A DNA stretch of 64,000 nt from positions 1 through 64,000 of the forward strand of contig CANJVR010000003.1 of assembly GCA_947478395.1 (NCBI GenBank), read 5' to 3'. Both the position numbers and the translations under genes were made by a program. How positions within the stretch are numbered: the first letter of the stretch is position 1; each line of letters opens with the position of its first letter. This document shows positions 8,559 to 18,093 of this stretch, piece after piece. Below the pieces are notes generated by a model. The model was not told the origin of the DNA and ran no database searches. It was given only the letters and a program-made list of their open reading frames with translations. Origin of the DNA: Opitutia bacterium (GTDB taxonomy: Bacteria; Verrucomicrobiota; Verrucomicrobiia; Opitutales; Opitutaceae).

Positions 8559-9647
8559 TCAGTTAATCACGAGTTCAGCCTGCAAAGCGCCGGCGGATTT
8601 AAGCGCCTGCATGATCGCCATCATCTCGCGGGTTGTAACCCCGAGGGCATTCAACGCGCCGGCCAGCCGGTCGATCGTGGGTACGTCTTCGACCACCGAA
8701 AATTTTCCTTTGGTTTCCGTAATCTTAGTCTGCGTCGTAGGCGTGGCGGCCGTCTGGCCACCAGCGAGTGCATTGGGCTGGGAAACGTTCACGGTTGAAG
8801 CGATGGAAACCGTGAGCGCACCGTGACTGATGGCGACCTGGGAGACCCGCACCGTGGAGGTCGCGACAATCGTACCGGTACGCTCATTGATCACGACGCG
8901 GGCGATCGAGTCGGGGCGCACTTCGATCGTACCGACATCCGCCAGAAATGTGACCTCACGGCCCAGATAAGGCGCTGGAACCACCACCGAGATCGAGGCC
9001 GCATCGAGCGCGGTCGCAGAATCCGGGAAAGCGGCATTAATGGCATCAGCGAGGCGGCTGGCCGAAGTGAAATCGGGGTTGAACAACTCAAAGGAAATGG
9101 CGCCATCGCGCACGGTCTCGGCGAGAATCTCGCGCTCAACAATCGCGCCGTTACTGATGAGCCCGACGGTAGGATGATTTTTCTGCACCGTGGCCCCACC
9201 CGCCCCACCGGCACCGCCAATAAATCCACCGACCGCGAGGCCGCCTTGTGCAACCGCATACACGCGGCCATCGGCACCCATCAAGGGCGCTTGTAAGAGG
9301 ACGCCACCCTGCAGGCTCTTCGCATCCCCCATGGAAGCCACGGTCACATCAATGCGGGCGCCGGGTTTAAGAAACGGAGGAATGTCCGCGGTAATCATAA
9401 CCGCCGCGGAATTCTTCGCCTTGATCTGCGTGGGATCGACCGTGAGTCCGTTACGTTGCAGAATATTCGCGACTGAACGCAGCGTCGTGACGGCATTGGA
9501 ATCACCGTCGCCGGCCAGGCCGACCACGATGCCGTAGCCAATCAATTGATTGGAACGACCGCCGCTGACAAATGACATGTCCTTAACCCGCGCCGCGCGC
9601 AGCGCGGGGGCCAGAACCATCAAAGCGATAAAAACTCGGAGCAGCAT
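8559..9647 (-). CDS. flgI: P-ring protein FlgI
   Basis: RSNQLIGYGIVVGLAGDGD; ARVVINERTGTIV; LKSAGALQAEL. Confidence 0.96.
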   Translation of the reverse strand: MLLRVFIALMVLAPALRAARVKDMSFVSGGRSNQLIGYGIVVGLAGDGDSNAVTTLRSVANILQRNGLTVDPTQIKAKNSAAVMITADIPPFLKPGARIDVTVASMGDAKSLQGGVLLQAPLMGADGRVYAVAQGGLAVGGFIGGAGGAGGATVQKNHPTVGLISNGAIVEREILAETVRDGAISFELFNPDFTSASRLADAINAAFPDSATALDAASISVVVPAPYLGREVTFLADVGTIEVRPDSIARVVINERTGTIVATSTVRVSQVAISHGALTVSIASTVNVSQPNALAGGQTAATPTTQTKITETKGKFSVVEDVPTIDRLAGALNALGVTTREMMAIMQALKSAGALQAELVIN

Positions 9648-9657
9648 GGGAGATTTT

Positions 9658-10269
9658 TTAGAAAGGGCGAAGCGCTTGATACAGGCGGCTCATCCAGCCG
9701 CGTTTCTGCGCGCTGTTCAGTTCACCTTCGCTCATGAATTCGAGCCGGGCCTCCGCGATGTTAGTCGAGAGGACCGTGTTGGCCGGAGAAATATCCGCCG
9801 GACGAACGATACCGCGGAGCACCACATGCTGCGTCTCACCGGAAAAACTAACTCGGCGCGCGCCTTCCAGGACCAAATTGCCGTTCGGCAATACGTCGGA
9901 AATCAACATGGCGGCGCGACCCGTGACGACCTGCGAGTTGTTGACCTTGCCGCCGCCGGCATAGTCCGACTTGCCGCCGAAACCGATGCCCGGCAGCTGA
10001 CCGCCTTGCGTGCCGAGGCCGCTCACGGACGGTGGAAACAGAAACTGGGTGACGGCACCCTGCGCGCTATCCGAAGTATTGGTCGTTTTATTGGACGAGG
10101 AAGACAGCGAGGTGGATTCGGCGATAACGATCGTGATAATATCACCGACGCGGCAGGCCTTGGGATCCGAGGTCAGGGACAACTCCCGCGAACCGGCGGC
10201 CAACCAGAGCGATTGCGCCGACAGCGGGCCGACCAAAGCGAGGGTCAAAGAGATGAGTCGAAGCTTCAT
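9658..10269 (-). CDS. flgH: L-ring protein FlgH
   Basis: KACRVGDIITIVIAE; VLPNGNLVLEG; GIVRPADI. Confidence 0.93.
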   Translation of the reverse strand: MKLRLISLTLALVGPLSAQSLWLAAGSRELSLTSDPKACRVGDIITIVIAESTSLSSSSNKTTNTSDSAQGAVTQFLFPPSVSGLGTQGGQLPGIGFGGKSDYAGGGKVNNSQVVTGRAAMLISDVLPNGNLVLEGARRVSFSGETQHVVLRGIVRPADISPANTVLSTNIAEARLEFMSEGELNSAQKRGWMSRLYQALRPF

Positions 10270-10272
10270 GGG

Positions 10273-10950
10273 TTAAAGACGGATGACCGCGCGATTTTCT
10301 CCCGTGACCTGGGCGGTGAATTCACGGTTGGATTGAATATTGCGGATGCGAATCGTTTCGTTGCGGGCGCCATCCTGCATGGCCATGCCCTTGAGCGACA
10401 CCGATACCGGACCGCTCTGGGCGACCACCTCGACCACTTGTCCGCGACGCACAATCGGACGGGCCGCCAAATCGCGCCAGATGAGCAAGCGATCGGGTTG
10501 CACCGCGCGGGTGAAAATATAATCGCCCTGGGGCATCGAGGACAACGCGTCGCGTTCCCGCAGCACGTCGATGCGAACCGGTTCAAGGGCCGAAGTATCC
10601 AGTATGTCCCCACGTTGACTCGGCTGGCGGAGTTTCCAGCCGGAGCGCCACAGATTCGCGCGCAGGACGAGCGTCTGCTCGAGACTGGCTTCGCCGGGCG
10701 TTTCCAGCCGCACCCGCAGCAAAATTTGCGGGGAAATACCGGCGGGGAATTCGACGATCGAAACCAGCGCGCCCGCCTTGGGTGTGAAATTACCCCCGCT
10801 CACCGGCTGCAGGTGCAAGTCACCCTCGAGCCCGAAATGGGCCTGGATGCGCTCGGTGATGTCGGCGACCCATTCGGGGGCTTCGCTTTGGCCGCGTACG
10901 ACCAAAGAAGATACCAGGAGGCCGACGACCATGAAAAATTTGGTGGTCAT
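10273..10950 (-). CDS. flgA: P-ring chaperone FlgA
   Basis: Signal peptide; IVRRGQVV...GMAMQDG...IRIRNIQS. Confidence 0.88.
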   Translation of the reverse strand: MTTKFFMVVGLLVSSLVVRGQSEAPEWVADITERIQAHFGLEGDLHLQPVSGGNFTPKAGALVSIVEFPAGISPQILLRVRLETPGEASLEQTLVLRANLWRSGWKLRQPSQRGDILDTSALEPVRIDVLRERDALSSMPQGDYIFTRAVQPDRLLIWRDLAARPIVRRGQVVEVVAQSGPVSVSLKGMAMQDGARNETIRIRNIQSNREFTAQVTGENRAVIRL

Positions 10951-10952
10951 GA

Positions 10953-11735
10953 TCAGCGTTTCAGGTCGTTGACGTTCTTTAGCATCTCGTCGGAGGACTG
11001 GATCGCCTTGCTGTTTAATTCGTAGGCGCGCTGCGCGAGAATCATGTTCACCATTTCCTCGACGATGTTGACGTTGGAGGTCTCGACGTAGCCCTGCTGA
11101 ATGGAACCAAAGCCCTGTTCGTTGGGGGCACCGGCCTCAGGGGTACCACTCGCGGTGGTCTCGCGGTAAAGATTGGAGCCAAGACTTTCCAGACCGGCGG
11201 GGTTGGCGAAGCGCGTCAGGGTGAGGCGGAAGGTTTGTGAACCAGCCGCGCTGCCAAGCGTGACTTCACCGTTTTCTGCCACCGTCACAGCGGTCGTACC
11301 GGGCGGAACGGTTTGGAAGCCGCTGAGCACTGGCAAACCGTCGCTGGTGACAACCTGGCCGGTCGCGTTGATTTTAAACGAGGCGTCGCGGGTGTAGGCG
11401 AGCGTACCATCGGGGCGCTGCACTTCGAAGAAACCATCACCCTGAATCGCGAGATCGAATTTCTCGCCCGTGGACGTAAGCTGGCCTTGCGAAAAGACCT
11501 TCGAGGTCGCGACCACGCGGGTACCGTTGCCCACTTCGATGCCCGTGGGTAATTGGTTACCGCCGCCATTCTGAGCACCCGCGGCGCGGGGCTTCTGGTA
11601 AAGCATATCCTGAAACTCGATCTTACTGCGCTTGAAACCACGGGAGTTCACGTTCGCCAAATTGTTCGCGATCGTGTTGAGGTTAAGCTGTTGGGCCTCC
11701 ATGCCCGTGGCAGCAGAGAATAAGGAGAGATTCAT
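10953..11735 (-). CDS. flgG: Distal rod protein FlgG
   Basis: 260 aa; ANNLANVN...GFK; ETSNVNIVEEMVNMILAQRAYELNSK. Confidence 0.96.
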   Translation of the reverse strand: MNLSLFSAATGMEAQQLNLNTIANNLANVNSRGFKRSKIEFQDMLYQKPRAAGAQNGGGNQLPTGIEVGNGTRVVATSKVFSQGQLTSTGEKFDLAIQGDGFFEVQRPDGTLAYTRDASFKINATGQVVTSDGLPVLSGFQTVPPGTTAVTVAENGEVTLGSAAGSQTFRLTLTRFANPAGLESLGSNLYRETTASGTPEAGAPNEQGFGSIQQGYVETSNVNIVEEMVNMILAQRAYELNSKAIQSSDEMLKNVNDLKR

Positions 11736-11771
11736 GGCGCAGTTTTACTTAGGGGTGAAGGGCGGGCGGGA

Positions 11772-12509
11772 TCAGCCCAAGGTCTCGAGGGTGCGTTGCA
11801 GCATCTGGTCGCGGGTGGAGATAATTTTTTGGTTCGCTTCGTAAGCTCGGGCGATGGTCACCAAATCGATCATCTCACGCATCGGGGAAATATTGCTGCC
11901 TTCAATGTAGCCCTGCATCACGCTGCCACCGTCCACCGCAATGGGGGCTTCGTTGCCCGTCGGCACAAACACCCCGCCACTGATCGGCTCTAATTTCTGG
12001 GTATCGGCAAAGCGACTGACCGCCAACGTATCGACCACTTGGCCTGCTTGGCTAATCTCACCATCGGCGTTGATGGATATCGTTCCGTTGGCCTGCATGG
12101 TGATCGGCGCACGTCCGGCCCCGAGCACCGGCAAATTATCCCCCGTCACCAAAGTACGATCTGCGCGCACTGACAATTGGCCCGCGCGGGTAAACCCCTC
12201 GCGTCCATCCGGCAGCCTGACACTGAGAAAACCATCCCCGGAAATCGCCACATCCAGATCACGCCGGGTCTGAACCATCTCACCCGGGGCAAAATCCAAA
12301 CGCACCTGGGCAGAAGGAAACGAGCCATTGAGACCTTCATCCGATTTAAACTGACCGGTACGGAGTTCACCACTGGGTTGAGCGGAAAATTGAACTAACT
12401 GCCGCTTGAAACCCGGCACCTGACTGGCGGAGATATTATGCGACGAGGCCTGCTGCCAGCGCTCAAGGGCGGCTAGGGCGGCGGTATTTTGATAGAGGCC
12501 TACGGTCAT
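11772..12509 (-). CDS. flgF: Proximal rod protein FlgF
   Basis: LDVAISGDGF...FTRAG; QGYIEGSNI...ARAYEANQK; lies upstream of flgG. Confidence 0.85.
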   Translation of the reverse strand: MTVGLYQNTAALAALERWQQASSHNISASQVPGFKRQLVQFSAQPSGELRTGQFKSDEGLNGSFPSAQVRLDFAPGEMVQTRRDLDVAISGDGFLSVRLPDGREGFTRAGQLSVRADRTLVTGDNLPVLGAGRAPITMQANGTISINADGEISQAGQVVDTLAVSRFADTQKLEPISGGVFVPTGNEAPIAVDGGSVMQGYIEGSNISPMREMIDLVTIARAYEANQKIISTRDQMLQRTLETLG

Positions 12510-12520
12510 GCGATCGATTA

Positions 12521-12536
12521 AGCATACGCAATGCCA
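12521..12536 (-). promoter_or_regulatory. Sigma54 (-24/-12) promoter of the flgF operon
   Basis: Minus strand TGGCATTGCGTATGCT = GG-N10-GC, matching TGGCAC-N5-TTGC. Confidence 0.7.
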
Positions 12537-12542
12537 TGTTCA

Positions 12543-12618
12543 TAGATCGTTGATTAGAAGTAATTTATAATTTATAATAGCTTTTCGGCAAGTTTTGCCT
12601 TCAAACCCAATTATTGCC
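12543..12618 (-). promoter_or_regulatory. Putative IHF site and enhancer-binding-protein sites
   Basis: AATCAACGATCTA (near WATCAAN4TTR) with an adjacent AT tract; palindrome GGCAAGTTTTGCC (12587-12599) and variant CCCAATTATTGCC (12606-12618). Confidence 0.45.
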
Positions 12619-12748
12619 TTGAAGTTCACCCTAGCCGGCGTGTCTAGTCTTCAACCCGAAAAGGCGAACGCCCCCGCCAGAGCTCCGTCTGTCGACAAAC
12701 CGCTTTGATCTGATTTCACCCCATACCCCCCCCTAAAAGAACTGCGCC

Positions 12749-13294
12749 ATGAGCAATTCAAATACCGTGCCTGTCTACGCCGCCACAGGGCGCGTGACCG
12801 ACAGTGAAGAGGTCGAATTTTCCGCCGAACAGGTCGGCTTTGGCGTGTGCGTGGTCATCCACGATGCCCAGGTCCACGCCTCCGCCTTCGCCCACGTGTT
12901 GATGCCCGACTCGAACACGAATACCACCTTAGCCCGCAAAAATCCTTACGCATTTAGCGATACTGCTTTACCGAATTTGCTGGAGTCCCTACGCGCCGTT
13001 TCTCGCGTCTATGCCGGCAACGAAGCTTGGGCCGAGGCCTTGAAACGCTTTAAGGTCTATCTGATCGGCGGCAGCGAAATCAGTATCATCACCCCTGATC
13101 CCGCCAGTCCCGCTCCCGTTGAGCTCAATTTGGGCAAGGCCGTGACGGTCAGGCTCCGTGACGCGATCAAGGCCGCCGGGCTCCCAAGTGCCGTAGAGGC
13201 TCTCGGCGGCTCCGGCATGCGCGATGTCTCGATTCGCAACTCCACGGGAAAAGTTTTGATCGAGGAGGCGGGCCAACCGGAGAAAACGCTATGA
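12749..13294 (+). CDS. cheD: CheD-like protein lacking the catalytic Cys
   Basis: AHVLMPDS, P.AFSDTA, KVYLIGG, LNLG, EALGG..R motifs; the GSC position reads GFG. Confidence 0.75.
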   Translation: MSNSNTVPVYAATGRVTDSEEVEFSAEQVGFGVCVVIHDAQVHASAFAHVLMPDSNTNTTLARKNPYAFSDTALPNLLESLRAVSRVYAGNEAWAEALKRFKVYLIGGSEISIITPDPASPAPVELNLGKAVTVRLRDAIKAAGLPSAVEALGGSGMRDVSIRNSTGKVLIEEAGQPEKTL

Positions 13295-14202
13295 GCACGG
13301 CCCATAATGCTGAAATCGTCGAGCGCATCACCCGCCAGATGGGCGAACTGCCCACCTCACTCGAGGTCGTGTGTCGACTGATGTTGATGTTGCGCAACCC
13401 GACCCAGGAAAACGAACACGTCGTCCAAGCGCTTTACTCCGACCGCCAACTCTCCGGCCAACTCGTCCGCAAACTCGATTCCGGCGAAGAACAGGAAGTG
13501 GATGAAAAAGGTAATGCCATCGAACGTAAACGCTCTGAATCCGAGGTCCTGCAGGTATTGGATAGCGCCGTTCTGCAAATGGGCTACACGGCCATCTTGC
13601 GCCTGGTTTCCGCGCTGAGCGTAGGCAAATTACTCGCCGCCGAGCACAAAGGCTACGGCATGCAACGCCGCGACCTTTGGGTGCATTCCGTCGTGGTCGC
13701 ACTGATCTCCCAGCGCTTATGCGAACTTCTCGCCGAAACCGGCCGGGATTCCATCGACCCATCCCTGGCGTTCATCGGCGGGCTGATGCACGACACGGGC
13801 AAGGCCGCCCTTAGCACGGAACTCGTACTGCGTTTGGAAGAGGTCAACAAAGCCGCTTTCTTAAAGGATTCGAACTGGTTGAACATCGAAAACGAGTTCT
13901 GCCAAATTGACCACGCCGCCCTGGGCGCAAGCCTGATGCAGAAATGGAAACTGCCCAAGGAGGTATCCGATGCTGTCGCCTTCCACCACCAGCCTTCCAA
14001 AGAGCATAAATTGGCCTCGCTCATCCACCTTGCCGACTATGCCTCCCGCTTCGTGACTAACCCCGGCGGTTGGTCGAGCTTCGCGATCAAGATCGATCCG
14101 ACGGCCTTGGCGACGTGTCACTTACGCCTCGAAGACATTCAGCGCGTCGTTCTTCACGTCTCCCAAGACCGCGCTACCATTGATACTTACGCCAATATCT
14201 GA
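13291..14202 (+). CDS. HDOD domain protein
   Basis: LWVHSV, GLMHDTGK, DHAALGA, WKLP...VAFHHQP; ATGA overlap with cheD. Confidence 0.88.
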   Translation: MSTAHNAEIVERITRQMGELPTSLEVVCRLMLMLRNPTQENEHVVQALYSDRQLSGQLVRKLDSGEEQEVDEKGNAIERKRSESEVLQVLDSAVLQMGYTAILRLVSALSVGKLLAAEHKGYGMQRRDLWVHSVVVALISQRLCELLAETGRDSIDPSLAFIGGLMHDTGKAALSTELVLRLEEVNKAAFLKDSNWLNIENEFCQIDHAALGASLMQKWKLPKEVSDAVAFHHQPSKEHKLASLIHLADYASRFVTNPGGWSSFAIKIDPTALATCHLRLEDIQRVVLHVSQDRATIDTYANI

Positions 14203-14405
14203 TCACGCCTCGCAGCCCCCGCCGCGATCCCTCAAAAAAGGGCGATCGGAAACGAAAGCGCCCGACCTGTAGTCCAAACCGCAGCGAAAATTTACGCCAG
14301 CTGACCACAGTTCATGGTATAGGCCCATGATTTTGTGTCGTTATTACCGATCTAGGGCCGCTAATGGCTCTGCATCCGCACGAATACACCTTTGCGTCTC
14401 TGTCT

Positions 14406-15938
14406 ATGAAACCACCGCTGCTTCTTCTATTGGGAGTATTTTTTGCCGTGGTCGCGCAGGCCCAGATCGAAGGCGAAACGGCCGCCGAACTCATTAAACG
14501 CGCCGAACTGGGCGACGCCGTTTCCCGCGTCAAATTGAGCCTGATCCGCAGTGGCGGCGACAAACAGCTCGCCTCCGAAATTCAAGCCGCCCGCTGGTAC
14601 CAGGAAGCCGTCGAACAAAACAACATCGCCTCCCAGCACAGCCTCGGCCTCCTGTTTGAATCCGGCGTCGGCCCCGCTAAAGACGCGGCCGAAGCGACCC
14701 GATGGTTCCGCATGGCCGCCGAACGCGGCAACAACGCGGCCCAATTTAAACTGGGTAACCACTACGCCGCCGGCGATGGCGTCGCCAAAAACAGCACCGA
14801 AGCGGCTCTGTGGTTCCGCAAAGCTGCCGAACAAGGTAACGTCGGCGCCCAACGCAACCTCGGCCTGATCTTACTCAACGGCACCGGCGTCGCCAAAGAC
14901 ATCCCCCAAGCCGCCCAATGGCTGCGAAAGGCCGCCGAACAGGGCGACGTCACCAGCCAATACAACCTCGGCATCCTCTTCGCCAGTAAGGTCGCGAAAA
15001 ATTCCAGCGATTCCGCCCGCTGGTACCGCAAAGCCGCCGAACAAGGCCTCGCCACCGCCCAATTCCAACTCGCCCTTCTGTGCGAACGCGGCGAGGGCAC
15101 CACCAAAGACGCCATCGAAGCCGTCCAATGGCTCCAAAAAGCCGCCGAACAAGACCACCCCGAAGCCCAGACCTTGCTCGGTGAAAAATATGCGACCGGC
15201 GACGGCATCCCCAAAGACAGCGCGGAAGCCGTCAAGTGGTACCGCAAAGCCGCCCAACTCGGCAGCATCTCCGCCCAATGCAACCTCGGCTTCATGTACG
15301 CTACCGGCGGCGGTGTCCCCAAAAATCCCGCCGAAGCCCTCATCTGGTTTCGTAAATCCGCCGAACTCGGCAACGCCATCGGCCAAGTCAACCTCGGCAT
15401 CCTTTACCAAACCGGTAACGGCGTCGGCCAAGACTACTTCGAGGCCGCTAAGTGGTACCGTAAATCCGCTCTTCAAGGCAACGAACTCGCCCAATACAAT
15501 CTAGGCCTCCTCTACGATGCCGGCGCCGGCGTGCCCAAAGACAGCGCCGAAGCCGTCCGCTGGATTCGGATGGCCGCCGACCGCGGCCATGCCCCCGCTC
15601 AAACCAACCTCGGCGCCAAATACGCCACCGGCGACGGTATCCCCAAAGATTTGGTCGAAGCCCATATCTGCTTCAACCTCGCCAGCGTCAAAGGCAACCC
15701 CACCGCCCAACGCAACATGGTCATGATCGAACGCGACATGACCTCTGAGCAACGCGCCAAAGCCATGGAGCTCGCCCGCAGTCGCTTCGCAGCCAAAACC
15801 AACAGCCCCACGCCCACGCCCACGCCCGCCCCCGCTCCCGCTCCAGCCCCCGCCGACGGCAAACCGAGTGCGGCTGAAGCCCCCCCGGCCCAACTCGCGG
15901 CGAGCTCCCGCGAGCCGACCCCGCCCACCGCAAAGTAG
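14406..15938 (+). CDS. Secreted Sel1-like repeat protein with Pro/Ala-rich tail
   Basis: About 11 AQxNLG...GxGV.KD..EA..WxRKAAEQG repeats; signal peptide from Met 14406 (ORF open from 14364). Confidence 0.9.
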   Translation: MKPPLLLLLGVFFAVVAQAQIEGETAAELIKRAELGDAVSRVKLSLIRSGGDKQLASEIQAARWYQEAVEQNNIASQHSLGLLFESGVGPAKDAAEATRWFRMAAERGNNAAQFKLGNHYAAGDGVAKNSTEAALWFRKAAEQGNVGAQRNLGLILLNGTGVAKDIPQAAQWLRKAAEQGDVTSQYNLGILFASKVAKNSSDSARWYRKAAEQGLATAQFQLALLCERGEGTTKDAIEAVQWLQKAAEQDHPEAQTLLGEKYATGDGIPKDSAEAVKWYRKAAQLGSISAQCNLGFMYATGGGVPKNPAEALIWFRKSAELGNAIGQVNLGILYQTGNGVGQDYFEAAKWYRKSALQGNELAQYNLGLLYDAGAGVPKDSAEAVRWIRMAADRGHAPAQTNLGAKYATGDGIPKDLVEAHICFNLASVKGNPTAQRNMVMIERDMTSEQRAKAMELARSRFAAKTNSPTPTPTPAPAPAPAPADGKPSAAEAPPAQLAASSREPTPPTAK

Positions 15939-16191
15939 ACGGCCGCTCCCACCGCGCGCCACCTCGCTGCTGCCGACCGCGAGGAACTTGATTTCCCTCC
16001 CGGCAAGCCGGACCTCGACCTGACCACTCTGACGCGACCTCGCCGAATTGAGCCACCTTGTGAGATCGTCTGGGTGCTCTCTTCAAAAAAGCTTCCCCGG
16101 TTTTAGCCCAATCCCAGAGAGAAGGCGCGAGGCGAAAATCAATTTTCTTGCTCAGGTTGAGGGTCACGGGTGAGGTTTCCCCTCCGCTCGT

Positions 16192-16276
16192 GCCCGGGTG
16201 GTGGAATTGGTAGACACGCAGGTCTCAGAAGCCTGTGCCTCACGGTGTAGCGGTTCGAGTCCGCTCCCGGGCACCA
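16192..16276 (+). tRNA. tRNA-Leu (anticodon CAG)
   Basis: GCCCGGG/CCCGGGC acceptor stem, GGTAGAC D-loop, CT-CAG-AA anticodon loop, long variable arm, GGTTCGAGTCC, encoded CCA. Confidence 0.96.
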
Positions 16277-16293
16277 TTTTCGCCGTTCATTCC

Positions 16294-17784
16294 TCAAAGC
16301 GCCGGCTTGGGATTCCAGTTGCGGCCCAACACATAAGTCGGATTCGCGTAATCTGAAATAAGCACGGCGTCGTCGGGGCGTTTGAGTTGCCGTGAAACCG
16401 GCAGGCGCTGACTCGCTTCAATCGGGCGGCTGTCGGCGGTGTGGCTGTTGAATTCCCAAAAATGCAGGTTCTCGGTCGAGCCAGCCGGAGTTCCTTTCGG
16501 CGCGGCCTGCAATTGCCAGCCGACCGCCCCCACGCTCGGGCCCACCACGCAATCGACCAGCACGACTTCACTGTGCGGGAAGCGATGGGGCTCGATCCGC
16601 GACAGGAAATTATCCGCGACGCCGTCGGCGCCATCAAACACGCAGCGATAATAAACGAAGCCGTGATTCGTCGCAGGATTGCGCACTTGCGTATAATAGG
16701 CCGCGGAGCGCACCGACCGCACCGTGCAGTTTTCAAAAAAAGATGGACCCGTGCCCCACATGAAATCGACATCGCCCTCGATCCGACAGCCGCTCACGTA
16801 GGTCTGGCCGTTGAATTGAACGGTGTCTTGGAAACTATAGAAATCGACGTCGCGAATGATCGCGCGCGCGTCGGCCGTGCCGTTGAGGATCAGCGCCTCG
16901 GCCTGCGAGCCGCCTTGCGGCGTGGTGTTGCGCACCGTGAGATTCGCGAGCGTGAAATCGTGGACGCGGTGCGCGAGAAACAGCCCGCGACGATAAACGC
17001 TGCCGCCCTGTTTCGGATCTTCGCCACTCGGATTTGCTCGGCCCGCGAACGGATTGCCACCGGAGGGATTGAACGTGGCGTTGTTGGCGTACGCGATGAC
17101 CGTCTCCCGGCGATCTTCGCCGAGCACCGTGACGCTGTGCTTGTTCGTGAAAAAAATAATCTCCGGGTAAGTGCCCTTGCGGAGAAACACCGTCGTCGGT
17201 CGCGTGTTGCCGTCCGGGATGAAATCGAGCGCACCCTGCACCGTGCAAAAATCGCCCGAGCCGTCGGCGGCAACGACCAATCGCGTGGCATCCGGTTTCG
17301 GCGGCGCGGCTTTGGTCGAAAAATGCCAGGCGCCCGCAGCGGTCAATCCCGCGAAAGCCTCGTCGCCGTTGCGGAAGGCGCCAGCATCGATCGTCACTTC
17401 GTAATTCCGGCCGTAGCCAAGCGCGGCCGAAGGCAGAAACAGCGTCGCTTCGCGACCCGCGACGATTGCCTGATAATATTTATAGCCGTCGAGTCCGCCG
17501 ATCGTTTTGGTTGCCACCGGTGCGGCCAGATCGACCGTGGCCACGACGCGCCCGCTTTCCGTTTCACGAATGCGCACGAGGCCTGTGCCCAGCGACGTCG
17601 CGCCGGGAAACGTCAGCCGCAGCGGAGTATCAGGGCAAACCTCGCGGGCCCCATTGGCCGGAAAAAGAGTCGCGGACGTGGACGCCCCGAAAGCTGCGGG
17701 TGTCGCAACCGCGAATAGTGAAATTACCCAGCAGACCCAAGCGGAGAGCCAACTCCGGGGGAAAAAGGGGGAAAGCGAAGGCAT
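16294..17784 (-). CDS. Secreted pectinesterase-family (CE8) protein with N-terminal Ig-like domain
   Basis: VAADGSGDFCTVQGALD, QAEAL, FQDT, GDVDFMWG; N-terminal FPANGA.EVCPDTPLRLTF Big_5-like region. Start chosen at Met 17784. Confidence 0.85.
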   Translation of the reverse strand: MPSLSPFFPRSWLSAWVCWVISLFAVATPAAFGASTSATLFPANGAREVCPDTPLRLTFPGATSLGTGLVRIRETESGRVVATVDLAAPVATKTIGGLDGYKYYQAIVAGREATLFLPSAALGYGRNYEVTIDAGAFRNGDEAFAGLTAAGAWHFSTKAAPPKPDATRLVVAADGSGDFCTVQGALDFIPDGNTRPTTVFLRKGTYPEIIFFTNKHSVTVLGEDRRETVIAYANNATFNPSGGNPFAGRANPSGEDPKQGGSVYRRGLFLAHRVHDFTLANLTVRNTTPQGGSQAEALILNGTADARAIIRDVDFYSFQDTVQFNGQTYVSGCRIEGDVDFMWGTGPSFFENCTVRSVRSAAYYTQVRNPATNHGFVYYRCVFDGADGVADNFLSRIEPHRFPHSEVVLVDCVVGPSVGAVGWQLQAAPKGTPAGSTENLHFWEFNSHTADSRPIEASQRLPVSRQLKRPDDAVLISDYANPTYVLGRNWNPKPAL

Positions 17785-18093
17785 GGTTTGAAAATGCAGC
17801 CGGTTAATCACAGTCGAGTAAAGATCCACGGTGCGGGATCCGGGGTGTTTGAAAAGTGAGGGCGCCCCGCCCACATCGGTCTCCCGCCACCGCGCTCCTA
17901 CCCTCCAACCAAGCCAAGTCTTCGGGATCGGTCTTGGCCTCGGTCGGTCCAGAACGCCCTCGCCGCGATTGCAAATAGCGCGCCGACGGGAAACCGTCCC
18001 CCCGCGCTCGACGCCACCCCGCCACGAACGACACTTGTCCGCTTTTGAGAATGACTTTCCTTAGCGTGCCCGTTCACCTTGAGCCTTACTTTC

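Noticed and set aside
14580..15700. 108-bp periodic DNA repeats as a CRISPR array
   Set aside because: They are in-frame Sel1 protein repeats; no constant repeat/unique spacer pattern and no cas genes.
16267..16276. tRNA-Leu as an island attachment site
   Set aside because: No integrase in the window. The only repeat of the 3' end noticed is a 10-bp match inside argD, consistent with chance.
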